Source: a virus
Lineage: Duplodnaviria > Caudoviricetes
Virus record (IMG/VR): IMGVR_UViG_3300005805_000098
Location: 1 to 59,304 of that record
Reading direction: 5' to 3' (one strand)
DNA length: 59,304 bases
Shown here: positions 47,870 through 55,591 of the stretch, piece by piece
Layout: each line of letters opens with the position of its first letter
How positions within the stretch are numbered: the first letter of the stretch is position 1
Notes under the pieces: generated by a model
The model's input: the letters and a program-made list of their open reading frames with translations, nothing else
Told to the model about the DNA's origin: nothing
Databases searched by the model: none
Translations under genes and position numbers: made by a program

Positions 47870-48169
47870 GTGTCGACACAAGAACCAACAGTTGTACCTT
47901 CTACAGAAGAACCCTTCCTTCGAGTCAGCGCTGGCTCTAATCCTCAATCAGTTGCATCAGCAATCGCCCATGCAATTTATGAAAAGCATGAAGTAAAATT
48001 ACGTGCTGTAGGGGCTGGAGCAGTAAATCAAGCCGTTAAAGCAATCGCTATCTCTCGAGGTTATGTTGCCCCTCGTGGCATGGACCTTCTCTGTAAACCA
48101 GGATTCACCACTATAGAAAGCCGTGATGGCGAGATAAGCGCCATTGTATTCGTCATTACAGCAAGTTAA
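47870..48169 (+). CDS. spoVS: SpoVS-family (Alba-like) protein
   Basis: LRVSAGSNPQSVASAIA, AVGAGAVNQAVKAIAISRGYVAP.G.DL.C.PGF. Confidence 0.9.
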   Translation: MSTQEPTVVPSTEEPFLRVSAGSNPQSVASAIAHAIYEKHEVKLRAVGAGAVNQAVKAIAISRGYVAPRGMDLLCKPGFTTIESRDGEISAIVFVITAS

Positions 48170-48205
48170 AACAGGCTTATCCTTGGGGTAAGCAAGGGAG
48201 TTATT

Positions 48206-48655
48206 ATGGCAACTTGGTCAGGACTAGGACATGCAATGCGTCGTCGCATGGGCCTTGCATCAGCACACTCAGAATCGGCAGGTACTATGAAAAACAGAAG
48301 TATTGATACCCCAGAAGAAGTTTTAGCCTCTGCAGCACATATGGCAAGTCCACGTCGTTACGTTGGCGCAGATTACTCTGGCGTAACAAACGTAAGTGCA
48401 AAGCCTTTAAAAGGCAAACTAATGCCTAAGAAGAACGTACAGGCTGGCGACCCAACTGCTAACGGAAAAGCAAATCGCAAGAATGTTCCTGCAGGAAATG
48501 CAGCACAGTCTGAGCGCATGGGTGCTCGTTATGTTGTTGGCGCAAAGTTTCCAGCAGTTCATTCAATTGAAGCATCTGCAACTCTTGCAAATGCAAAGAT
48601 GGTTCCTTCCAAGGCTGGCGGCGACTTCAAGTACGGTACAACAAGCGGTTACTAA
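48206..48655 (+). CDS. Hypothetical basic protein
   Basis: 149-aa ORF, GGAG SD. Confidence 0.55.
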   Translation: MATWSGLGHAMRRRMGLASAHSESAGTMKNRSIDTPEEVLASAAHMASPRRYVGADYSGVTNVSAKPLKGKLMPKKNVQAGDPTANGKANRKNVPAGNAAQSERMGARYVVGAKFPAVHSIEASATLANAKMVPSKAGGDFKYGTTSGY

Positions 48656-48924
48656 TGCCATCACAACCTCGTTCGCTTTCGCAGTTCGGGGATGACGATG
48701 ACTATAACCCAAGCCCGTACAAGGCACAAAAAGTAGACGTCGAATCACCCGTATCTTACGGCTCTGAAACTCGTGGTACTTATGAGTCACGCACTGCGTG
48801 GAAGACACGAGACATGAGTGGAGGACGTCCTTTGCCATACTCAAAAAGAAGTGCAGGTTCTATCTATAAATTTGGTGACGACAACTCAGGGCCGTCAATT
48901 CCACGCGCTGATAAACCGTCTTAA
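48655..48924 (+). CDS. Hypothetical protein
   Basis: 89 aa, TAATG coupling. Confidence 0.55.
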   Translation: MPSQPRSLSQFGDDDDYNPSPYKAQKVDVESPVSYGSETRGTYESRTAWKTRDMSGGRPLPYSKRSAGSIYKFGDDNSGPSIPRADKPS

Positions 48925-48925
48925 A

Positions 48926-49096
48926 TTAATTGAGACCGTGCGCTTTTTTGTGTTCGGTCTCAAATAGTTCTAGAAGAGAGTCGCTATCTGTAGGAGTTCC
49001 AAACTCTTCATTACAAAGTTCACAATGAATAACCCAAAGAAGAGGGTCAGTACTAACAGCCACTTCATAGATGGGTTCAGACACAGGCTCAGACAT
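48926..49096 (-). CDS. 56-aa antisense protein with CxxC...HxxxH (missing from ORF track)
   Basis: MSEPVSEPIYEVAVSTDPLLWVIHCELCNEEFGTPTDSDSLLELFETEHKKAHGLN; AAGGAGG SD on the minus strand. Confidence 0.65.
   Translation of the reverse strand: MSEPVSEPIYEVAVSTDPLLWVIHCELCNEEFGTPTDSDSLLELFETEHKKAHGLN
48930..48963. terminator. Hairpin at the junction of convergent genes
   Basis: TTGAGACCG / CGGTCTCAA 9-bp stem with further G-U pairing inside. Confidence 0.45.
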
Positions 49097-49145
49097 AAGC
49101 CTCCTTTATCCTGACATTACTGGTGAGTAAGGGGAAAATACTAAC

Positions 49146-49694
49146 ATGGATTGGATTAAGAACTCTAAGGGTAGCGACCTCACCAAAGACGAGCATCGCC
49201 TTGTGGTAGAAAACCCTGCATCAGCCCAAGGGTTCATTGACAGCACCCGCGACAATGGTGGTGCTTCCATATTCTTAAAAGACGCTCGACTTCCAAAAGT
49301 TGGCGAAGAGAACATGTTTGTGGTTGGACGAGAGCCTTCTCAAAGAACTGGCAAGACTGTAGATACTCAGTACGAAAACCCAGGAACTGAAAATAGAAAC
49401 TTAAGCGTTAAACAGTTTGCTTCTCATTTCTTGCGATTAAAGGGAGAGGCAACCAGACCTTCTGGACAAGTAAAGCCACAGGCAATGATGGGTAGTTGGA
49501 TTGACTCAGACAATCCTAAAAAAGGAATACAGATGGACCTTTCTGTTGGATTGAAGAGTCGTGGCAGAACCGAACGCAAGATGATTGACCGCAATGAAGA
49601 CGCAATTTTTGATGTAAAGAATATAGCAGACATTAGACACGAAGACGTTCGTCACAAGTATACGGATACTCCTAGACCACCAAAGGAATCTTAA
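49146..49694 (+). CDS. Hypothetical protein
   Basis: 182 aa; GGAS...GSW.D......DLS...N..AIFD pattern. Confidence 0.55.
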   Translation: MDWIKNSKGSDLTKDEHRLVVENPASAQGFIDSTRDNGGASIFLKDARLPKVGEENMFVVGREPSQRTGKTVDTQYENPGTENRNLSVKQFASHFLRLKGEATRPSGQVKPQAMMGSWIDSDNPKKGIQMDLSVGLKSRGRTERKMIDRNEDAIFDVKNIADIRHEDVRHKYTDTPRPPKES

Positions 49695-50227
49695 TGCCTA
49701 CAGGCGCAAACAACATGTCTGCTAGTCAAAACTGGCAATCTTTAGGTGCTGGTGGCTTTTATGGCTATAACAATCAAGGTGGAGCAGGCACTCCTGTTGC
49801 GCACGACAACATGGACGCTCTGCGTATCGGTGTTGGGCGCGTCCCTTCTGCTGAATATCCAGATGGTTATCTTGGAACAATTCGTTCACGTCGTGATGAC
49901 AGGCTTCTAGACTCTGTAAAGAGCCGTGTAAATCAAAAGGCTTATCAACGTGGTGTACACAAGGGTGAGCGTATTGAGCCATCAATGTACTTTTGGCCAC
50001 AAGAGTTCACTCCTGATATGGGAATTATGCGTCAGATGCGTGCAGTACCTGATGCAAGCAAAGGCGCTGTTGTTTATCGTGCAGCACGCTTTGCTCCACA
50101 AACACAGTTAACTCCTGCACCGCATCTCGTCAACGATGGTAAATCAAATCTTGTATCTGATGCTCCTGGTCAAATTGATGTTCGTCGTCAGAATATGCTT
50201 GCCTATTTGAAACCTGCGTGGCGTTAA
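49694..50227 (+). CDS. Hypothetical (possible virion) protein
   Basis: 177 aa; PSAEYPDGYLGTIRSRRDDRL...YQRGVHKGE. Confidence 0.6.
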   Translation: MPTGANNMSASQNWQSLGAGGFYGYNNQGGAGTPVAHDNMDALRIGVGRVPSAEYPDGYLGTIRSRRDDRLLDSVKSRVNQKAYQRGVHKGERIEPSMYFWPQEFTPDMGIMRQMRAVPDASKGAVVYRAARFAPQTQLTPAPHLVNDGKSNLVSDAPGQIDVRRQNMLAYLKPAWR

Positions 50228-50880
50228 TGGCGTACTTTGGAGTTAACGAACATGGTCGTTTTGATAGGAACTTAGCAAAAGAACAATTCCAATCTCACGT
50301 AGATAATATTGTAAAGAAACATGCAGAGGCTACAGAAGCACTTCGTAAAGGTGGTTCTGAATGGTACGAAAAGGCACACGAAGAAGCCAAACGTGTTGGT
50401 GGTGGAGACATTACTAAAGGAGCGGGAATTATTGCTGCACTCTCTCCTCTTACCGATTGGAATAAAAATGTTGCCTATGCTCATCAGTTGGTAAAAACTG
50501 GAGATTCTCCAAGTTCTCTTATTAAGAAGAATGTAGAAAAAGCGCAAAGAATCCAGGCTGGCGAACATCCAAGAGACGTGTTGGGCGGTCACAAAGTTCG
50601 CAGTTTCTTTGAAAACATCCACGACCCAAGCAGTCCAGAGCACGTAACAATTGACCGTCATGCATATGATATCGCTGTAGGAAGACCGTTTGTTGGCACT
50701 GGAGGTTCTAGAGATTTAAATTGGACTCCAGGAAAAATGAGTGAAGATTTAGGACTTAGCGCTAAATCTAGATATGACCACTTTGTTGATGCTTATAAAT
50801 CAGCGTCACAAAAACTTGATATTGATGTTCCTAATAAAGCCCAAGCAATAACATGGGTTGCACATAGAGGTGCGGTATGA
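50227..50880 (+). CDS. Helical HhH-glycosylase-like protein (DUF7178-like)
   Basis: WY..AH, IAALSP..W..N, G.KV.SFF.NI, VTIDRHA, QAITW; start at ATG 50227. Confidence 0.6.
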   Translation: MAYFGVNEHGRFDRNLAKEQFQSHVDNIVKKHAEATEALRKGGSEWYEKAHEEAKRVGGGDITKGAGIIAALSPLTDWNKNVAYAHQLVKTGDSPSSLIKKNVEKAQRIQAGEHPRDVLGGHKVRSFFENIHDPSSPEHVTIDRHAYDIAVGRPFVGTGGSRDLNWTPGKMSEDLGLSAKSRYDHFVDAYKSASQKLDIDVPNKAQAITWVAHRGAV

Positions 50881-51236
50881 CCCAAAAATACGATGGAGTT
50901 TACGACTATACAAAACCATGGCGTGCACCTGTACAACCAGACCAGGTAGCAAAGCGTTGGCAATACAACGGCCCTTGGTCATCAAATATGGAACGACTAA
51001 CATCACAGGCTCTTATGGTTATGAGTATTCCTGGCTCTGAAATTTCACAGATGGTTCGACCACCTCTTCCACAAATTCGGTTATTTCCAGACCGTTACGG
51101 TTATGACCGTCGTGCTGTAGGCATTGACGATGTCATTACAGTAGATAGAAATTATGTAGAACCTCGCACTTCCTGGTACTCAGGAAGCCCAGCAGGCTAC
51201 ACTGGTGCATCTAGAAATACGTTAGGAAGTGAATAA
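50877..51236 (+). CDS. Hypothetical protein
   Basis: 119 aa, ATGA overlap. Confidence 0.55.
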   Translation: MTQKYDGVYDYTKPWRAPVQPDQVAKRWQYNGPWSSNMERLTSQALMVMSIPGSEISQMVRPPLPQIRLFPDRYGYDRRAVGIDDVITVDRNYVEPRTSWYSGSPAGYTGASRNTLGSE

Positions 51237-51544
51237 TGCCTATCATTGGTCCAGTTGTTGGCTCTGTAATAGGAGCGATAGCACGTAGCGCAGCAGGTCC
51301 AATTCTTGCACGTGGTGCAACAGGTATTGCAGGCCGTGCTGTTAGTGCGGCTCAGTTAGCAAAGGCTGCAAAAGTTGCACGTGGTGCAGCAAGAGCAACG
51401 GCAAGTACTAGCAGAATTGCATCTTTTGTTAAGAGCACTGGCGCAGCCGTTCCTATGGCTCTTGGACAATCGGTTGAGATGGAAGCCAATCCTTTACCCA
51501 CTCTTAAGTCACCCACTATGGCAGGAGAGGTAACAAATGGCTGA
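51236..51544 (+). CDS. Ala/Gly-rich hypothetical protein
   Basis: 102 aa, amphipathic N-terminus, TAATG coupling. Confidence 0.5.
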   Translation: MPIIGPVVGSVIGAIARSAAGPILARGATGIAGRAVSAAQLAKAAKVARGAARATASTSRIASFVKSTGAAVPMALGQSVEMEANPLPTLKSPTMAGEVTNG

Positions 51545-51728
51545 CGATGGCGATGGCATGTTGACTCTGGAACTCCAGGCTCAAGAATTGACAAAATACA
51601 ATGGTTCTTCTAACTGTCCGACCTGTGGGATGATAATCAACCCTGTAGAATTTCTAGCGAACCAAGGGCACTGCACTGGGTGTACTACAGCGAAGCGCCA
51701 AAAAAGAGCAAAGGAACTAATGCAATGA
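51537..51728 (+). CDS. Small Cys4 zinc-binding protein
   Basis: CPTCG...CTGC; GGAGAGG SD. Confidence 0.6.
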   Translation: MADDGDGMLTLELQAQELTKYNGSSNCPTCGMIINPVEFLANQGHCTGCTTAKRQKRAKELMQ

Positions 51729-52027
51729 TGTTCAATGACCGTAGAAAGTCTAGCCTTCCTAGTACTGATTCTTTAGCAAATAAATACGGCACTAATCTTC
51801 CTGGTGCTACAGGAAAGAAACGTACTGTAGCGGAGTGGGAATCACGAGCATCTGTGTTGGCTGCAGGTCGTTCAGGTGCTATTCAAGCCACACCAAAACC
51901 TAAAAAAGAACCTTCTGCACTAAGCAAAAAACTTGGCGGAATGATTATGGGCACTGGGTCTAGTAATAGAAAGACCGTAAAAGAAAATCGTGCTGCTATT
52001 GATGCAGAACTAAAGAAAGGCAAATAA
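51725..52027 (+). CDS. Basic hypothetical protein
   Basis: Likely start at ATG 51725 or 51728. Confidence 0.5.
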   Translation: MMFNDRRKSSLPSTDSLANKYGTNLPGATGKKRTVAEWESRASVLAAGRSGAIQATPKPKKEPSALSKKLGGMIMGTGSSNRKTVKENRAAIDAELKKGK

Positions 52028-52231
52028 ATGGCAGTCAACTCATCTCGTTCAATGAACAAGTCTCTTAATGATGGAGCGACAGACGGTAAATACCGTAAAG
52101 TTCGCCCAGATACAGAAGAGAACGCAATGAATACCTCAGCAACTGAGGCTAATCGTCAATCTCTACATCCATTCTATGGATATGGATTTACTACAACTGA
52201 ATATCCAAACAAGGTAAATCCAGGAAAGTAG
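52028..52231 (+). CDS. Hypothetical protein
   Basis: 67 aa, starts right after the previous stop. Confidence 0.55.
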   Translation: MAVNSSRSMNKSLNDGATDGKYRKVRPDTEENAMNTSATEANRQSLHPFYGYGFTTTEYPNKVNPGK

Positions 52232-52233
52232 TC

Positions 52234-52485
52234 ATGGGAAAGAGCGCAGCAGCAAATTGGGCAGGACGTTGGGCACGTGGAACTTCGTCATCTGTACCAG
52301 ACCGTGCTAGTGACGAACGTAGAAGGCCTAATAACGGTCCTGAATGTGAAGTTTGTTACGCAAAATTGCATGAGACACCTCTTTATCGTCATGGAGGAAG
52401 TGTTTACTGCGAACAAGACTTAGATAGGGCCATAAATGAAAAATGGCATCCTGGTTCTAAAAAAATTACAGAAATAAAAAGGTAA
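52234..52485 (+). CDS. Hypothetical protein with CEVC...YC
   Basis: 83 aa, tight spacing. Confidence 0.5.
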   Translation: MGKSAAANWAGRWARGTSSSVPDRASDERRRPNNGPECEVCYAKLHETPLYRHGGSVYCEQDLDRAINEKWHPGSKKITEIKR

Positions 52486-52489
52486 TACA

Positions 52490-52813
52490 ATGGCTAAAAA
52501 AGTTACTCATAAGAATCTTGGTGAAGCAGTTATTGCAAGAGAGTCTTTTGTAGGACCAAGTAGCCGTGGCGGTTCTATTGCAGAAGTTGGTACCGAAACA
52601 GGGATGTTGCCCTCTCATCTTGCCGAAGCAATGCGTTCACACAATCCAACTTATGTAGTTAAATCTTATAACACCCCTGTTGCATGGCATGGAGATAAGG
52701 GATGGGTAGTTCCTGATGTTAGTTACAGCAAAACTACATCTCGTTTACAAGGCGGAATTCGTCGTTCAATTAATGCGCACTTTGCTGATGCGCATAACAA
52801 CGCTAGGGGTTAA
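52490..52813 (+). CDS. Hypothetical phage protein
   Basis: YVV.SY.TPVAW...W......YS.TTS..Q motif. Confidence 0.6.
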   Translation: MAKKVTHKNLGEAVIARESFVGPSSRGGSIAEVGTETGMLPSHLAEAMRSHNPTYVVKSYNTPVAWHGDKGWVVPDVSYSKTTSRLQGGIRRSINAHFADAHNNARG

Positions 52814-52815
52814 CT

Positions 52816-53097
52816 ATGGGTAGCATGCACGCTGAAGAATACGCAGCACACGATAGACAATTTAAGAAGAACGGCAACGCTGGTCTTAGGGCCCACTTAG
52901 CAAGCAATCTTTATCCTCCAGTACCAGAGTCAATGGTAGGTCCAGCAAAACGTGCAATCAATGCCGTTAATAAAGGCAAACACGATACAAATATTAAACT
53001 TCCAGAAGGCATTACTTGGAGAGGTAAGAAGAGCGCCCCAGCACATGCTATTGTTGAGGGGCATCGTCTTGACTCCTGGATTAATCCAGTAGACTAG
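52816..53097 (+). CDS. Hypothetical phage protein
   Basis: HL.SN.YPPVP...I.LPEGITW.G...APA.AIVE.H.L..W. Confidence 0.6.
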   Translation: MGSMHAEEYAAHDRQFKKNGNAGLRAHLASNLYPPVPESMVGPAKRAINAVNKGKHDTNIKLPEGITWRGKKSAPAHAIVEGHRLDSWINPVD

Positions 53098-53279
53098 TGG
53101 CAAGAAAAGGCGGCAAAGGAGGAGGCGAACGGAATTCAAACCGTCGCAATAATAAGGCTATGAAAAAGAATCCAAAAGTTAATAAAAAGAAGGGAAAATC
53201 CTGTTGCGGGTATTCCCTTAAAAGAACTGATAGATTGGGACATGACCAAGGTCATCGCAAACTAACCGTCGCAGCATAA
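53097..53279 (+). CDS. Basic 60-aa protein
   Basis: Lys/Arg/Gly-rich, GTG start overlapping the previous stop. Confidence 0.45.
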   Translation: MARKGGKGGGERNSNRRNNKAMKKNPKVNKKKGKSCCGYSLKRTDRLGHDQGHRKLTVAA

Positions 53280-53287
53280 GGAGCACA

Positions 53288-53836
53288 ATGTCTAACGTAC
53301 CTATTCTTGGGTCTAAAAAAGTTGAAAAGAAAGAAACCTTTCGTCTTCTACATTGCTGGGTCTGTGATTCTTTAGAAGAACTTCCACCATTTGAAGGTCC
53401 TGCAGACCAAGACTATCTTCTTGCTGTTGCCTGTGAGCGACATGTGTTTGACTCTGGAGAACCGCACAAAGGCAATCTGTTTGTTGACATTCCTGTCAAG
53501 GCTTGGCAAGACTCAGAAACTCGCAGAGATGCTATCCGTCAAATACGACAGGGTGGTTCCAAAGGTCTTGCTGAAATTGATGACACCTTTTATGACACTC
53601 GCTCTACCTTTATGGAAGATGCAATGACGTGTTACAAAGCGCACAATAAACCAAATGATGGATGTAACGATTGGCATCACGCTGACAAGATGTTGATTCC
53701 AAATACAGTCAAAGAACGGCGCAAAGAAGGCCTTGAAAGTTATGAAAACGCTCCAGGAGTAAAGACTTACTTATGTGACTTTTGTCCTGTAGCGATAGGC
53801 GTAGCACAACGTAAACAGAAACTGATGGGACTATAA
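53288..53836 (+). CDS. Cys/His-rich hypothetical protein
   Basis: CWVC...H...H and C..H...C...CDFCP; AAGGAG SD. Confidence 0.6.
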   Translation: MSNVPILGSKKVEKKETFRLLHCWVCDSLEELPPFEGPADQDYLLAVACERHVFDSGEPHKGNLFVDIPVKAWQDSETRRDAIRQIRQGGSKGLAEIDDTFYDTRSTFMEDAMTCYKAHNKPNDGCNDWHHADKMLIPNTVKERRKEGLESYENAPGVKTYLCDFCPVAIGVAQRKQKLMGL

Positions 53837-54153
53837 TGGACGAAAAAGAAAAAGAAGAGTTCTGGGAAGATTTGGGTAGACCAGAAAAGTATCAGTTTGC
53901 CTTCACCATTATTGCGCATGAAGAAGGTGGAGTAACTACTGTAACTTCTACAGAAGGCGTAAATCGTAAGGCAACTACCTTTGACATATATCAAGCCTGC
54001 AAAGAGATAGTAAATGATATTGAGTCGTTGATGCTTGCAGACCGAGTAACTAAGTCGGTAGTGGCAGCCTTGACTCAAGGCCCAAACGAACAGGTAAAGG
54101 AAAAGTTACGTTCTGCCCTTTCAGAACGAGGCATAGACACCTCTAACGCTTAA
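53836..54153 (+). CDS. Hypothetical protein
   Basis: 105 aa, TAATG coupling. Confidence 0.55.
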   Translation: MDEKEKEEFWEDLGRPEKYQFAFTIIAHEEGGVTTVTSTEGVNRKATTFDIYQACKEIVNDIESLMLADRVTKSVVAALTQGPNEQVKEKLRSALSERGIDTSNA

Positions 54154-54160
54154 ATACACA

Positions 54161-54172
54161 TAGACTAGGTGT
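54161..54172 (+). promoter_or_regulatory. -10 element of leaderless promoter
   Basis: TAGACT-AGGTGT-ATG. Confidence 0.5.
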
Positions 54173-55102
54173 ATGGAAAGCCAGTTAGGTTTAGATGAGT
54201 CTGTCGAAATTAGACAAGGCTCTACTTCTTACTTTTCTAAACCAGAAGAAACTCTAGACCCGCAGTTATTCACTGGCACAGTTCTCAAAGGCTGGGTGCG
54301 TAACGGCATTCTTCAACTCTTATTTGGATTCTTGAATGAGAATTACCGACACCCAGACCTTTGGGCTCACACATGGATTGCTGGTTCTGCTGTTTCGTAC
54401 CAATGGGCAGCACATCGTGACCCAGGTGATTTAGACGTTCTTATTGGCGTTGATTACGTGCAGTTCCGTAGAGCACATCCTGAATTTGTAGGATTGTCTG
54501 ATACGGAAATTAGCAAGATGTTGAATGAAGACTTTAGAGAGTATCTGCAACCAGAGACTACAAATTGGCACGACTTTGAAGTCACTTTTTATGTAAATCC
54601 TGGAGCCACAGATATTCGCACTATTCATCCTTATGCTGCCTATGACTTAAAACATAATGAATGGACAGTGTTTCCACGTCGTATCTCTGCTCCTAACAAT
54701 CCTGCATGGGATAAGGCTGTACAACGTGACCGTACTATGGCTATGGATATCGTTGCTCGATACTCTAAAGCAATGACAGAAGTAAAGGCAGCGCCTAACG
54801 ATGCAGCACGTCGTAATGCTGAGTTTAAACTACAACAGGCTCTTGAACATGGAACGATGCTATTTGATGACATTCATCGTTCTCGAAAACTTGCATTTGG
54901 AGAGTTTGGAAAAGGTTATGATGACTTTTATAATTATCGCTGGCAAGCAGGTAAAAAGTATGGCACCGTACCTGCTTTAAGACAGATGCACGATTACTTA
55001 AAGGCACAGCAAGAAGAGCAGGCTGTAGAAACATACGGGGTTCAATTGCCTGACACACAGACGCTTATCAGGAGAGCGGCAACTTATAGAGTAAAGGATT
55101 AA
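54173..55102 (+). CDS. Pol-beta superfamily nucleotidyltransferase
   Basis: IAGS.VSYQW...GDLDVLI (GS-x-DxD), a third acidic residue in FEVTFY, YDL....W..P and a helical C-terminus. Confidence 0.75.
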   Translation: MESQLGLDESVEIRQGSTSYFSKPEETLDPQLFTGTVLKGWVRNGILQLLFGFLNENYRHPDLWAHTWIAGSAVSYQWAAHRDPGDLDVLIGVDYVQFRRAHPEFVGLSDTEISKMLNEDFREYLQPETTNWHDFEVTFYVNPGATDIRTIHPYAAYDLKHNEWTVFPRRISAPNNPAWDKAVQRDRTMAMDIVARYSKAMTEVKAAPNDAARRNAEFKLQQALEHGTMLFDDIHRSRKLAFGEFGKGYDDFYNYRWQAGKKYGTVPALRQMHDYLKAQQEEQAVETYGVQLPDTQTLIRRAATYRVKD

Positions 55103-55591
55103 ATGAACATACTTCTATCACTAAACGGGGTACTACGGGCGGAATCTGGAGAACCAAACAGAGCAGGAGTTATCCTGTACTACGCTCTCAATGCTGCACA
55201 CCGTGTTGCAATCATTACAAAAGATGATAAAGCCAATGCAAACCATTGGTTACAGTCTCACGGCATTATTGGATACGACGATTTATTAGATAACTCTGTT
55301 GAGTTAGCGGGCGAAGTACTAAAGAGAAGACAGTTCCTTCTTAGCAGAGCCAAGGCTCCCATAGAAATGTATGTTGACTCTGACCCTGAGATGTGTGCAT
55401 GGGTATTTGAGCATCAGAATGTTCCTACTCTCCTGGTCAGTCATCCAAGTTACTTGCCAGTAGAACATAGACCAGATGCTCCTCGTAAGGTTCGTGCTTG
55501 GAACGAGATAGAGGAAGCCATTACAAGAGTTAACATTGCCAAATCTAAGTATGCCTCGCAGCCAAAGGATATTGAACTGTGGCAAGACTAG
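55103..55591 (+). CDS. HAD-fold protein, catalytic Asp apparently lost
   Basis: ILLSLNGVL aligns to the DxDGVL motif I; IIT motif II; YVDSD motif IV. Confidence 0.55.
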   Translation: MNILLSLNGVLRAESGEPNRAGVILYYALNAAHRVAIITKDDKANANHWLQSHGIIGYDDLLDNSVELAGEVLKRRQFLLSRAKAPIEMYVDSDPEMCAWVFEHQNVPTLLVSHPSYLPVEHRPDAPRKVRAWNEIEEAITRVNIAKSKYASQPKDIELWQD

